This document shows, piece by piece, positions 1 through 8,518 of a stretch of 33,540 nt of DNA. The notes below the pieces were generated by a model. That model searched no databases, was not told the DNA's origin, and saw only the letters and a list, made by a program, of their open reading frames with translations. The translations under genes were made by a program, and so were the position numbers. Each line of letters begins with the position of its first letter. Positions within the stretch are counted from its first letter, which is position 1. Source of the stretch: Dehalococcoidia bacterium (GTDB lineage Bacteria > Chloroflexota > Dehalococcoidia > Lucifugimonadales > UBA2985); assembly GCA_963581795.1 (NCBI GenBank), contig CAUZOU010000003.1:1-33540 (forward strand), in the 5' to 3' direction.

Positions 1-1399
1 TATTGAACTCCCACCGATGGCGATGACGCTCCATTATCTCAGAAACACCGTAAGCCTTGGCGGCCTTGGTGCCTTCGATCACATGGCATGGATATTCCCC
101 AAGCCTCATGGTGCCACCCTTGGAGTGGACCGAGCGTTGGTCTGGCATGAGGTCTATTACTGGATGAGATGTTTCTTCATTGAACTCGGTGGAGTTGGCA
201 TCCGGCGCGTTGAGAATCACCCTCGCCAGCTCCACAACCATGAGTTGCATACCAAGGCAGAGACCAAGGTATGGAACCTGGCGCTTACGCGCATAGCGGA
301 CGGCCTGTATCATACCTTCTATTCCTCTGGAACCAAATCCACCCGGAACCACAATGCCAGAGGCAGAGCTCAAATACTGGTCAGGGCCATCCCTTTCAAT
401 GTCCTCCGAATGAACCCAGGAGATCTCCACCTCTCTGTCATGCTCCAGCCCAGCATGCCTGAGGGCTTCTTTGACAGAAATGTATGAGTCTGGTAGGTCT
501 ACATATTTGCCAACCACCGCTATGGTAAGTGGGCTATCCAGACCCTTCATGTGCTCCACCATATCCCGCCACTGTGTCATGTCCCTCCCATGAGAGGTAA
601 GAGCCAAAGATTCTATAATCTGATCCGCCAAACCAGCCTTTTCCAATATCAGAGGCACTTCGTAGACGTTGGAGACGGTTGGCAGAGAAATTACTCCATG
701 CTGCCGCACGTCACAAAAAAGCGCAATCTTGGCTTTGATATCTTCAGTGATAGGGTAGTCGCTACGGCAGAGAATGGCATCTGGCTGAATGCCAATCCCG
801 CGAAGTTCCTTGACACTGTGCTGAGTTGGTTTGGTCTTCAGCTCCCCAGCTGAGGAGATATACGGGAGAAATGTCACGTGGATGTAGAAGACGTTGTCAC
901 GCCCCACCTCGTTCCTCATCTGCCGTATAGCTTCCAGGAATGGCAGGCCCTCAATATCACCCACCGTGCCACCAACCTCTACCACAACCACCTCGGCTCC
1001 TGTCTCATCGGCCAGTTTCTTCATGCTGTTCTTTATTTCGTTGGTAACGTGAGGAACAGTCTGAATAGTCCCCCCAAGAAATTCCCCTCGCCGTTCCTTG
1101 GTAATAACCGTGCTATATATTTGCCCGGCAGTAATGTTGGATGAACTGGTAAGCCTCATGTCTATGAAGCGTTCATAGTGACCAAGGTCAAGGTCTGTCT
1201 CCGACCCATCATCTGTAACAAACACCTCACCGTGTTGATAGGGGGACATTGTGCCTGGGTCCACATTTAGGTAGGGATCAAGTTTCTGAACGGAGACCGA
1301 GATTCCGCGGCTCTTGAGAATACGTCCTATTGAAGCAACGCTTATCCCTTTCCCAACCGAGCTAACCACACCGCCAGTTACAAACACGTACTTGGTCAT
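1..1399 (-). CDS. pyrG: CTP synthase (partial, 3' end runs off the left edge)
   Basis: Not in the ORF track. Manual translation from ATG at 1399 gives MTKYVFVTGGVVSSVGKGISVASIG...KLDPYLNVDPGTMSPYQHGEVFVTDDG; glutaminase nucleophile motif PYLGLCLGMQ near 250-280; ERHRHRWEFN at the window edge; GGAG upstream of the start. Confidence 0.98.
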   Translation of the reverse strand, partial: MTKYVFVTGGVVSSVGKGISVASIGRILKSRGISVSVQKLDPYLNVDPGTMSPYQHGEVFVTDDGSETDLDLGHYERFIDMRLTSSSNITAGQIYSTVITKERRGEFLGGTIQTVPHVTNEIKNSMKKLADETGAEVVVVEVGGTVGDIEGLPFLEAIRQMRNEVGRDNVFYIHVTFLPYISSAGELKTKPTQHSVKELRGIGIQPDAILCRSDYPITEDIKAKIALFCDVRQHGVISLPTVSNVYEVPLILEKAGLADQIIESLALTSHGRDMTQWRDMVEHMKGLDSPLTIAVVGKYVDLPDSYISVKEALRHAGLEHDREVEISWVHSEDIERDGPDQYLSSASGIVVPGGFGSRGIEGMIQAVRYARKRQVPYLGLCLGMQLMVVELARVILNAPDANSTEFNEETSHPVIDLMPDQRSVHSKGGTMRLGEYPCHVIEGTKAAKAYGVSEIMERHRHRWEFN

Positions 1400-1426
1400 T
1401 TGCCAGGCTCCAGCCATATTATCAAT

Positions 1427-1543
1427 CTAACCCTCACAACGACGGCAAGAATAAAGAAACCATCTTGGGGGCTGTTCTAGCGGGGAACAAAAATCACAGT
1501 CGTGGCATAATGGTGGCTGATACGGAATCACATGAGGAATCAT
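1427..1543 (-). CDS. possible 38-aa Cys-rich upstream ORF in the pyrG leader
   Basis: MIPHVIPYQPPLCHDCDFCSPLEQPPRWFLYSCRRCEG*, CxxC-x16-CxxC spacing, GAGGA upstream. May be a chance ORF. Confidence 0.3.
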   Translation of the reverse strand: MIPHVIPYQPPLCHDCDFCSPLEQPPRWFLYSCRRCEG

Positions 1544-1574
1544 CTCTTCAATTCCTCGCTGCCGCCCGAGAGAG

Positions 1575-1604
1575 ATGATATTTTGATATGAAAGGTGTTG
1601 TCAA
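1575..1604 (-). promoter_or_regulatory. sigma70-type promoter for pyrG (TTGACA-18-TATCAT), predicted start at GGGC (1567)
   Basis: Minus strand reads TTGACA acacctttcatatcaaaa TATCAT ctctctc GGGC. Confidence 0.7.
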
Positions 1605-1796
1605 GGGCTTTGCCTCTCGATTAAGTGGATTGCAGGATTATTTAGTAATATCGTTAACCAATTACATTAGGTCTCATGCCCGTTGACGGCAAATCTACCT
1701 GGAGGCTTTGACGGAGAAGCCTGATCGGCAAATCATAACGAGAGTCTTTTACTCGCCCCCGGATTGGAGTTCAGCTACAAACCCACTTACCAGTCA

Positions 1797-2741
1797 TTAA
1801 AACTCTTCCTCGCCGTCCTGCAGCTTTGGCAACGGCTGCTCCTGAAAACCCTCAAGTTGCAACGTGGTGTCAAGGCGACGCTTATACCGCTCCACATGGT
1901 CGTTGCCGACTCGGTAGGCCTCCGATGCTTGGGTTACGCGCCTGCCTATCTCTTCGTGCTTGATGTAGAAGAGGTCGAATGAGCGTTGCAGGCCTGTCAG
2001 TCCCTGTTGGAGCTTCTTGGCGCCGCTGATAATCTCGACATTGCGTATAGACAGGATAACCACCTGTAAGAATGCGTAAAAGGTGTTGGGGCTGACCGGG
2101 AGAACGTGATGTTCCTGCGCATACTCCTGTATTCTGGATGGGCTTCCAAGATGGTTCTTCTCAGCTATGGTCTCGTAGTATATGGCCTCGGACGGGATAA
2201 ACATGAGAGCGAACTCTGAGGTGCCGTTCTCCGGTTTTACGTACTTGGCCTGGATGCTGAAAATCTGCTTCCTGACGGCCTCTTCAAAGGCCTTCCAATG
2301 GGTCGCTCGGTCCTCAACAGATTCGGCGTCCATGTACCTCATGTAATCGTCCCTTGGAAACTTGGCGTCGATGGGTACAACAACGTCCCTGAACTTGACG
2401 ACACAGTCCACCTTTTCGCCGCCGCTGATAGAGTACTGCCGCTCCCATATTCCCTTTGGGAGTACTCTGTCCAGCAACTCTTCCAAGATGACCTCGCCGT
2501 AAGCACCCCGCAACTTTGGAGCCTGTAGAAGGTCCTTCAGAGACTGCCCGAGGCGTTGCGCCTCATCCTGCTGCTGAGTCAGTTTCTGGATCGCCTCGCC
2601 CACTTCCTTGAACGCGAGGAGTTGGTCCCTCAACTGGCCGTCGTCCACCTTTGATGGCATGTTAACTGAGCGTTGCGTCAGAATAAACCAGCCAAAGAGA
2701 CCAATCAACACCACCATCGCACCGAGGATTGCAATCTCCAT
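1797..2741 (-). CDS. rmuC: DNA recombination protein RmuC family
   Basis: N-terminal TM helix, short coiled coil, KLRGAYGEVILEELL, PD-(D/E)xK-like VDCVV...IDAKFP, KYVKPENGTSEFALMFIPSEAIY, VSPNT motifs. Confidence 0.92.
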   Translation of the reverse strand: MEIAILGAMVVLIGLFGWFILTQRSVNMPSKVDDGQLRDQLLAFKEVGEAIQKLTQQQDEAQRLGQSLKDLLQAPKLRGAYGEVILEELLDRVLPKGIWERQYSISGGEKVDCVVKFRDVVVPIDAKFPRDDYMRYMDAESVEDRATHWKAFEEAVRKQIFSIQAKYVKPENGTSEFALMFIPSEAIYYETIAEKNHLGSPSRIQEYAQEHHVLPVSPNTFYAFLQVVILSIRNVEIISGAKKLQQGLTGLQRSFDLFYIKHEEIGRRVTQASEAYRVGNDHVERYKRRLDTTLQLEGFQEQPLPKLQDGEEEF

Positions 2742-2825
2742 GGTTCTTCGTCTCCTGCAACCTCAGCGTTCGATTACATCGCACCAACAATGCCATAGAT
2801 AGCTCAAGCTAAACCTGGTTTTCTA

Positions 2826-3443
2826 CTACACAGGCCTGGGCGAGTGGAGTTCCTCATAGGCCGCGATCTTGTCCTCGTGCTGCAGTGTCAGGGCTATATC
2901 GTCCAGCCCGTCGAGGAGGCATTGGCGGCGAAACTCGTGTGTCTGTGGGTCGTTGTGCACCGTGAATGGGATGGCAAGACCGGATTCATCTCTCAACTCG
3001 CACGTCTCCAAGTCCACAGTCATCTGATACCCAGGCTCTTCCTTTGCCTTTATCATGATCCGGTTTATCTGTTCCTGCGACAGATGGACGGGTACGATGC
3101 CATTATCAAAGCAGTTTTTGTGGAAAATCTCGGCGAAGCTGGGGGCTATGATAGCCCGGAAGCCGTAGTCCAAGAGGGCCCACGGTGCATGTTCTCTGGA
3201 AGAACCGCTGCCAAAGTTACGTCCCGTAATCAGGATTGTGGCGCCCTTATAACCAGGGTTGTTGAGTTCGAAGTCCGGATTTGACTGGCCGTCGGGAAGA
3301 AAACGCCAGGCTCCAAAGAGGAACTGGCCGAAGCCGGTGCGCTCGATGCGCTTGAGATGCACGGCTGGTATTATTTGGTCTGTATCCACGTTTTCCCTGT
3401 CCAGGGCTGCGGCTATGCCGGTTATCTTTTTAAATGGCTCCAT
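2826..3443 (-). CDS. leuD: 3-isopropylmalate dehydratase small subunit
   Basis: NVDTDQIIP, GRNFGSGSSREHAPWAL, SFAEIF, LLDGLDDIALTL; follows leuC. Confidence 0.98.
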   Translation of the reverse strand: MEPFKKITGIAAALDRENVDTDQIIPAVHLKRIERTGFGQFLFGAWRFLPDGQSNPDFELNNPGYKGATILITGRNFGSGSSREHAPWALLDYGFRAIIAPSFAEIFHKNCFDNGIVPVHLSQEQINRIMIKAKEEPGYQMTVDLETCELRDESGLAIPFTVHNDPQTHEFRRQCLLDGLDDIALTLQHEDKIAAYEELHSPRPV

Positions 3444-3512
3444 GATGCACTCCTTGCCGTTTGCTAGGATGTATAAGTTTTCTCTCGATTGTGCTTTTTT
3501 GCCAGCACAACT

Positions 3513-4922
3513 CTAGGCGTTGATTTCCCACTCTCGGATGTCAACAAAGTGGCCGGCAATCGCCGCCGCCGCCGCCATCTGTGGACTCACAAGATGGGTG
3601 CGGCCTCCTGGGCCTTGGCGTCCTTCAAAATTGCGGTTGGATGTGGAGGCACAGCGCTGGCCGGGCTGAAGCATGTCGGGGTTCATAGCCAGGCACATGG
3701 AACAGCCAGCCTCCCGCCAGTCTAGACCGGCATCCTTGAAGATGCTGTCAAGACCCTCAGACTCCGCCTGCTTCTTTATTGCGGTTGATCCCGGCACCAC
3801 CATAGCATACACATCGGAATGCATTTTGTGCCCCTTGACCACGGCCGCCGCGGCCCGCAGATCCTCTATTCTGGCATTGGTGCAGGAACCGATGAACACT
3901 ATATCAATCGGTATTTCCTGTATAGCTGTATTAGCCTCAAGCCCCATGTACTCCAGCGCCCGTTCTGCACCGCCGCGCTCCCTGTCTGAGCTGAAGGAAG
4001 AGGGAGACGGAACCCGCCCGGTCACTGGGACCACCATCCCGGGGTTGGTACCCCAGGTGACAAATGGCACCAACCTGCTGGCATCTATCTCAATCACCTT
4101 GTCGAATGTAGCGCCGGGGTCGGTGGCAATGGCTTTCCATTTCTCAATGGCGGCTTCAAAGTCGTCCTCCTGTGGCACCTGTGGACGGCCCCGCATGTAC
4201 TCAAATGTGGTCTCGTCCGGGGAGATCATACCTGCCCTTGCACCAGCCTCGATGGACATGTTGCATACCGTCATGCGACCTTCCATTGAGAGAGAACGAA
4301 TCGCCTCGCCGGTGTACTCAATCGCGTGACCGATGCCGCCGTCGACGCCTATCTGACCGATGATTCCAAGAATAAGGTCCTTGGCAGTGACTCCCAGCGG
4401 CAACTGGCCATTGACCCGAATCTCCATAGTCTTGAGTTTAGTTTGGCCTAGGCACTGTGTAGTCAATACCTGCTCCACCTGAGTGGTGCCGATGCCAATA
4501 GCCAACGCCCCAAAGGCACCGTGTGTGGCAGTATGGCTGTCTCCACAGACAATTATCTTCCCGGGCTGTGTGTATCCCTGCTCCGGACCTATAATATGAA
4601 CAATACCCTGTCCTGGACTTTTCGCATCGTACAGCGTGAGGCCAAATTCCTTGCAGTTGTTATCCATAGCATTGATCTGCTTCAAGGAGATTTCGTCGGT
4701 GACTGGGAGGGATCGATCCCAGGTTGGTACGTTGTGGTCTACGGTACATACCGTGAGATCAGGACGACGCACCTTACGGCCACTCATACGGAGGCCATCG
4801 AAGGCCTGGGGAGACGTAACCTCGTGCACCATATGCAGATCTACGTACAGAATCGCCGGGTTGCCTGGGTCTTCATGTACAACATGAGACTCCCATATCT
4901 TCTCGAACATGGTCTTGGGCAT
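3513..4922 (-). CDS. leuC: 3-isopropylmalate dehydratase large subunit
   Basis: [65 protein letters not shown]. Confidence 0.99.
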   Translation of the reverse strand: MPKTMFEKIWESHVVHEDPGNPAILYVDLHMVHEVTSPQAFDGLRMSGRKVRRPDLTVCTVDHNVPTWDRSLPVTDEISLKQINAMDNNCKEFGLTLYDAKSPGQGIVHIIGPEQGYTQPGKIIVCGDSHTATHGAFGALAIGIGTTQVEQVLTTQCLGQTKLKTMEIRVNGQLPLGVTAKDLILGIIGQIGVDGGIGHAIEYTGEAIRSLSMEGRMTVCNMSIEAGARAGMISPDETTFEYMRGRPQVPQEDDFEAAIEKWKAIATDPGATFDKVIEIDASRLVPFVTWGTNPGMVVPVTGRVPSPSSFSSDRERGGAERALEYMGLEANTAIQEIPIDIVFIGSCTNARIEDLRAAAAVVKGHKMHSDVYAMVVPGSTAIKKQAESEGLDSIFKDAGLDWREAGCSMCLAMNPDMLQPGQRCASTSNRNFEGRQGPGGRTHLVSPQMAAAAAIAGHFVDIREWEINA

Positions 4923-4995
4923 ATTTGCACCTCTCTAAATTAAGGTTATCTAATATTAAGGGAGCAACTTTATAGAAGTCGTCTAACCGATGGCA

Positions 4996-6543
4996 CTACG
5001 TGGAAACCTCCGTTTGGGCCTCTGACACACCCTCTATGACAATCAGTTTGTTCAGGGCGTTCAAGTAGGCTTTAGCACTGGCCACTATGATGTCTGTGTC
5101 AGAGCCACGTCCCGTGTACACCTTGCCGCCTTTCTCAATGCGTATGGTAGCATCACCGATGGCGTCAGTGCCCTCGGTGATAGCGCCTATAGAGAACTCC
5201 TTGAGCGTATTGGATACCTGGAGTATGCGGTTGATGGCTACATAGACGGCATCAACTGGGCCTGTACCAATCGCAGCGTCGGTGAGAACCTGCCCTTCGG
5301 GGTTTATCAGACGCACCGTGGCCGTTGGTATTTCGTGGTCGCCGCAGGCTACTTGAACGTGGTCCAGTTTGTACAATTCCTCCTCAGACCGACGGCGGTC
5401 GCTCATCAGGGCTTCCAAGTCCCGATCAGTGACCTCCCGTTTCCTGTCCGCCAGCTCTTTGAAGTCCTCAAATGTCCTGTTCAGTTCATCCTGAGTTAGA
5501 TGGTAACCCAACTCTTCTAGGCGGGATTTGAGGCCTGCACGCCCGCTCAGTTTGCCAAGCACCAGAGTACTACCGGGAATACCAATGGACTTAGGATCCA
5601 TAATCTCGTAGGTGGCTCGCTCCTTGATAACGCCGTCTTGATGAATCCCGGAGGCATGCCGGAAGGCGTTCTGACCCACAATGGCCTTGTTTGGTTGCAC
5701 TGAGAAGCCGGTGATATCGCTTACCAGTCGGCTTGTGCGATAGAGCTGAGTGGTGTCTACTCCAACGGTGATGTCGAAGAAGTCGCCACGAGTAGCCAAG
5801 CCCATTATAACCTCTTCCAATGAAGCGTTTCCTGCCCTCTCTCCTATACCGTTGATGCATCCCTCAACCTGCCGCACCCCCACCTTAACCGCGGCGAGGC
5901 TATTCGCCACCGCCAGGCCGAGGTCGTTGTGGCAGTGGACTGAGATGACAGCTTTGCCAATGTTTGGGACATTCTGCTGAATGCCCTCCAGCAGCTTGGC
6001 AAACTCTTCTGGAATGGCATACCCGACTGTGTCTGGGATATTTACCGTGGTCGCACCAGCGTTGATGGTAGCCTCCAACAAAGCGTAGAGGTACTCAGAA
6101 TCGGTGCGTGTGGCATCCATTGGAGAGAACTCCACATCCTCATAGTAGCTTTTGGCCCTGGCTACTGCGGCCACGGCCATCTCCATCACCTCTTCACGGT
6201 TCTTTCGGAGTTGATGCATTATGTGTATGTCCGAGCTTGAGAGAAAGACGTGTATGCGAGGGTGATTCGCCTCTTTGAGTGCCTCCGCTGCCCTATCTAC
6301 TGCAGCCAGATTGGCATGCGACAAGGATGCAATGATGGGAGTCCTGATCTCTCTGGCAATGGCCTGCACAGCCAGAAAGTCACCCGGGGAACTGACGGCA
6401 AAACCAGCCTCGATTACATCGACCCGCAACCGCTCCAGCTGCCTGGCAATCTCTAACTTCTCTTCCAATGTCATGGCTGCGCCGGCGGCTTGTTCCCCGT
6501 CACGCAGCGTGGTGTCAAATATTATTACCTTGTCTTCAGGCAT
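4996..6543 (-). CDS. leuA: 2-isopropylmalate synthase
   Basis: DTTLRDGEQ, HCHNDLG, GIGERAGNA, HASGIHQDG, C-terminal regulatory domain with GPVDA; AGGAG ribosome-binding site at 6552-6556. Confidence 0.98.
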   Translation of the reverse strand: MPEDKVIIFDTTLRDGEQAAGAAMTLEEKLEIARQLERLRVDVIEAGFAVSSPGDFLAVQAIAREIRTPIIASLSHANLAAVDRAAEALKEANHPRIHVFLSSSDIHIMHQLRKNREEVMEMAVAAVARAKSYYEDVEFSPMDATRTDSEYLYALLEATINAGATTVNIPDTVGYAIPEEFAKLLEGIQQNVPNIGKAVISVHCHNDLGLAVANSLAAVKVGVRQVEGCINGIGERAGNASLEEVIMGLATRGDFFDITVGVDTTQLYRTSRLVSDITGFSVQPNKAIVGQNAFRHASGIHQDGVIKERATYEIMDPKSIGIPGSTLVLGKLSGRAGLKSRLEELGYHLTQDELNRTFEDFKELADRKREVTDRDLEALMSDRRRSEEELYKLDHVQVACGDHEIPTATVRLINPEGQVLTDAAIGTGPVDAVYVAINRILQVSNTLKEFSIGAITEGTDAIGDATIRIEKGGKVYTGRGSDTDIIVASAKAYLNALNKLIVIEGVSEAQTEVST

Positions 6544-6551
6544 ATCGGAAT

Positions 6552-6691
6552 CTCCTTTTTCCTCTTCCCAAGCACGTTGAGGTTCAATTTGCCAACTCTG
6601 GGAAACGTTCGTCCGTTAAGCCCCCATGACGGGCACATCCCTGGTTTTCATAGAGAACCGATGTGGAGTAACTGGGAGGAGACTATAGGAG
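6552..6691 (-). promoter_or_regulatory. LEU-element-like translational attenuator of leuA (anti-SD/SD helix)
   Basis: 5' arm CUCCU-AUAG-UCUC-C-UCCCAG (6691-6672) is complementary to 3' arm UUGGGA-A-GAGG-AAAA-AGGAG (6571-6552), which contains the leuA SD; inner GCCC/GGGC stem with possible GUC/GAC pseudoknot at about 6611-6634. Confidence 0.7.
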
Positions 6692-6724
6692 GACAACGTA
6701 GTGCGCCAAAACGACCATTGCCAT
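6683..6724 (-). CDS. putative leuA leader peptide MAMVVLAHYVVLL (can extend in frame to ATG 6784, 33 aa)
   Basis: Ends GTT GTC CTC CTA TAG (tandem Leu codons directly before the stop); AGGA upstream of ATG 6724; lies between an internal promoter and leuA. Confidence 0.7.
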   Translation of the reverse strand: MAMVVLAHYVVLL

Positions 6725-6794
6725 AAGCCGTTCCTGGTGGCGTACTACGTTTGATACCTCTAAAGAGAATATTCTCTTACTCATAAGCGGAGGC

Positions 6795-6803
6795 ATTATA
6801 GCA
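6795..6803 (-). promoter_or_regulatory. extended -10 promoter (TGcTATAAT) for leader-leuA-leuC-leuD
   Basis: Perfect TGnTATAAT immediately after the ilvC stop codon. Confidence 0.7.
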
Positions 6804-6806
6804 GAC

Positions 6807-7802
6807 CTATACCTGCTTTAGAAAGCCCATCATCTCGCGAAGCGTCTTGCCTACCTGCTCTACGGGGTGACTGGCATCCTGCTGACGCATCTTGTTGAAC
6901 CGCGGCCTGCCCTCGTCGTTCTCGGCAATCCATTCCTTGGCAAAAGTGCCGTCCTGTATCTCAGTCAGGACACGCTTCATATTCTCTTTGACCTTCTCAT
7001 CAACCACCCTGGGGCCTCGACTATAGTCCCCGTATTCGGCGGTGTCGCTGACGGAGTAGCGCATGTATTCCAGTCCGCCCTGATAAATGAGGTCTACAAT
7101 GAGCTTCAACTCATGCATGCACTCGAAGTATGCCGATTCTGGCTGATAGCCGGCCTCCACAAGGGTCTCGAAGCCTGCCTTGATGAGTGAGGTGACGCCG
7201 CCGCAAAGCACAGTCTGCTCTCCAAACAGGTCGGTCTCTGTCTCTTCTTTGAAGGTGGTCTCCAGTACTCCTGCTCTTGTGCAGCCGACACCCCTGGCAT
7301 AGGCCAGAGCTATTCCCTTCGCATTGCCTGACGGGTTCTGATGTATCGCGAGAAGGCCAGGCACGCCGGAACCTTGAACGAATATCTCCCTCATCCGGTG
7401 TCCTGGGGCCTTTGGAGCTATCATGGTTACGTCTATCTGTGGGCTGGGGACTATCTGATTGTAGTGAATATTGAAGCCGTGGGCGAACATAAGAGTCTTG
7501 CCGTCAACCATGTAAGGCTGAATGGATTCATTGTATATCCTGGACTGCAGATGGTCTGGCACCAGCATCATTATCACGTCAGACTGCTGGGCCAAGTCAG
7601 CAACGGTTCCAACCCGCAGGCCAGCTTCCTCCGCCTTGGGCCAGCTGGAACTGCCCTGGTATAGACCAACCATGACATTGACACCACTGTCCTTGAGACT
7701 CAGGGCATGGGCGTGGCCCTGACTCCCGTAACCAACAATTCCAACAGTCTTGCCCTCAAGCAGAGAGAGGTCAGCATCATTCTCGTAATAGATAACGGCC
7801 AT
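6807..7802 (-). CDS. ilvC: ketol-acid reductoisomerase
   Basis: [50 protein letters not shown]. Start placed at ATG 7802 ([12 protein letters not shown]) behind AAGGAG rather than at the ORF-track start 7859. Confidence 0.98.
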   Translation of the reverse strand: MAVIYYENDADLSLLEGKTVGIVGYGSQGHAHALSLKDSGVNVMVGLYQGSSSWPKAEEAGLRVGTVADLAQQSDVIMMLVPDHLQSRIYNESIQPYMVDGKTLMFAHGFNIHYNQIVPSPQIDVTMIAPKAPGHRMREIFVQGSGVPGLLAIHQNPSGNAKGIALAYARGVGCTRAGVLETTFKEETETDLFGEQTVLCGGVTSLIKAGFETLVEAGYQPESAYFECMHELKLIVDLIYQGGLEYMRYSVSDTAEYGDYSRGPRVVDEKVKENMKRVLTEIQDGTFAKEWIAENDEGRPRFNKMRQQDASHPVEQVGKTLREMMGFLKQV

Positions 7803-7966
7803 GATAAGTTGGCTCCTTATATGTAGTGTTACAACGAGTATACAGTCTACACCCGTCACGGCGAGCCTGTCTAACCAGCTTAGGGGAACAAGTCACGCTC
7901 ACCATATTAAGCATCGCGTACATTCTAGGGTTGGGCTTTAACAAGTGCACAGGTTAAAGCAACCGG

Positions 7967-8518
7967 CTAGTCAGCACAGTCTGACTTAGCATTACCTCGC
8001 TCGGGCCTGTGCCGACTGTCCAGTGCCAGGGACTTGTTCATGCCACGCATGAGGCCCACGCGGCCTGTCCGCATGACCTCTCGTATACCGAAGGGTCTGA
8101 GAATGCGGAGCAGGGAATCGACCTTGTCTTCGTCCCCAGTCACTTCAATAATCACCGAGTCCGGCGAAACGTCAACAATGTTGGAACGGAATATCTCCAC
8201 CAGCTGAAGAACTTCCGGACGTGTGGAAGCGGTTGTACGCACCTTGATAAGCGCAAGCTCCCTTATAACCACATCCTCTTCTGATATGTCGGAAACTTTC
8301 ACCACATCTATGAGCTTATAAAGCTGCTTAGTTACCTGATCAACAGTGCCGTCATCGCCGTCTACAACAAAGGTCATGCGAGAGAAGCCAAGGGTCTCAC
8401 TGTGCCCCACGGCTAGGCTTGATATATTGAACCCCCGGCGTCGGAACATGCTCGACACCCGGTTAAGAACTCCTGGCTTGTCCTGTACCAGAGCTACAAT
8501 CGTATGCTCTTCGTTCAT
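7967..8518 (-). CDS. ilvN: acetolactate synthase small (regulatory) subunit
   Basis: ACT domain VQDKPGVLNRVSSMFRRRGFNISSL, KQLYKLIDVVKV, RELALIKV; TAATG overlap with ilvB. Confidence 0.97.
   Translation of the reverse strand: MNEEHTIVALVQDKPGVLNRVSSMFRRRGFNISSLAVGHSETLGFSRMTFVVDGDDGTVDQVTKQLYKLIDVVKVSDISEEDVVIRELALIKVRTTASTRPEVLQLVEIFRSNIVDVSPDSVIIEVTGDEDKVDSLLRILRPFGIREVMRTGRVGLMRGMNKSLALDSRHRPERGNAKSDCAD

Noticed and set aside
17-1144. Plus-strand ORFs 17-487, 271-462, 551-853, 878-1144
   Set aside because: Antisense shadows of pyrG, which the ORF track missed because it runs off the edge.
7803-7859. N-terminal extension of ilvC in the ORF track
   Set aside because: Homology and the AAGGAG site point to ATG 7802.
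7803-7966. ilvN-ilvC gap with hairpin gctttaac...gttaaagc and a TAGACA-18-TAGACT promoter-like match
   Set aside because: No U-tract, leader peptide or riboswitch motif; the promoter match is too weak to call.
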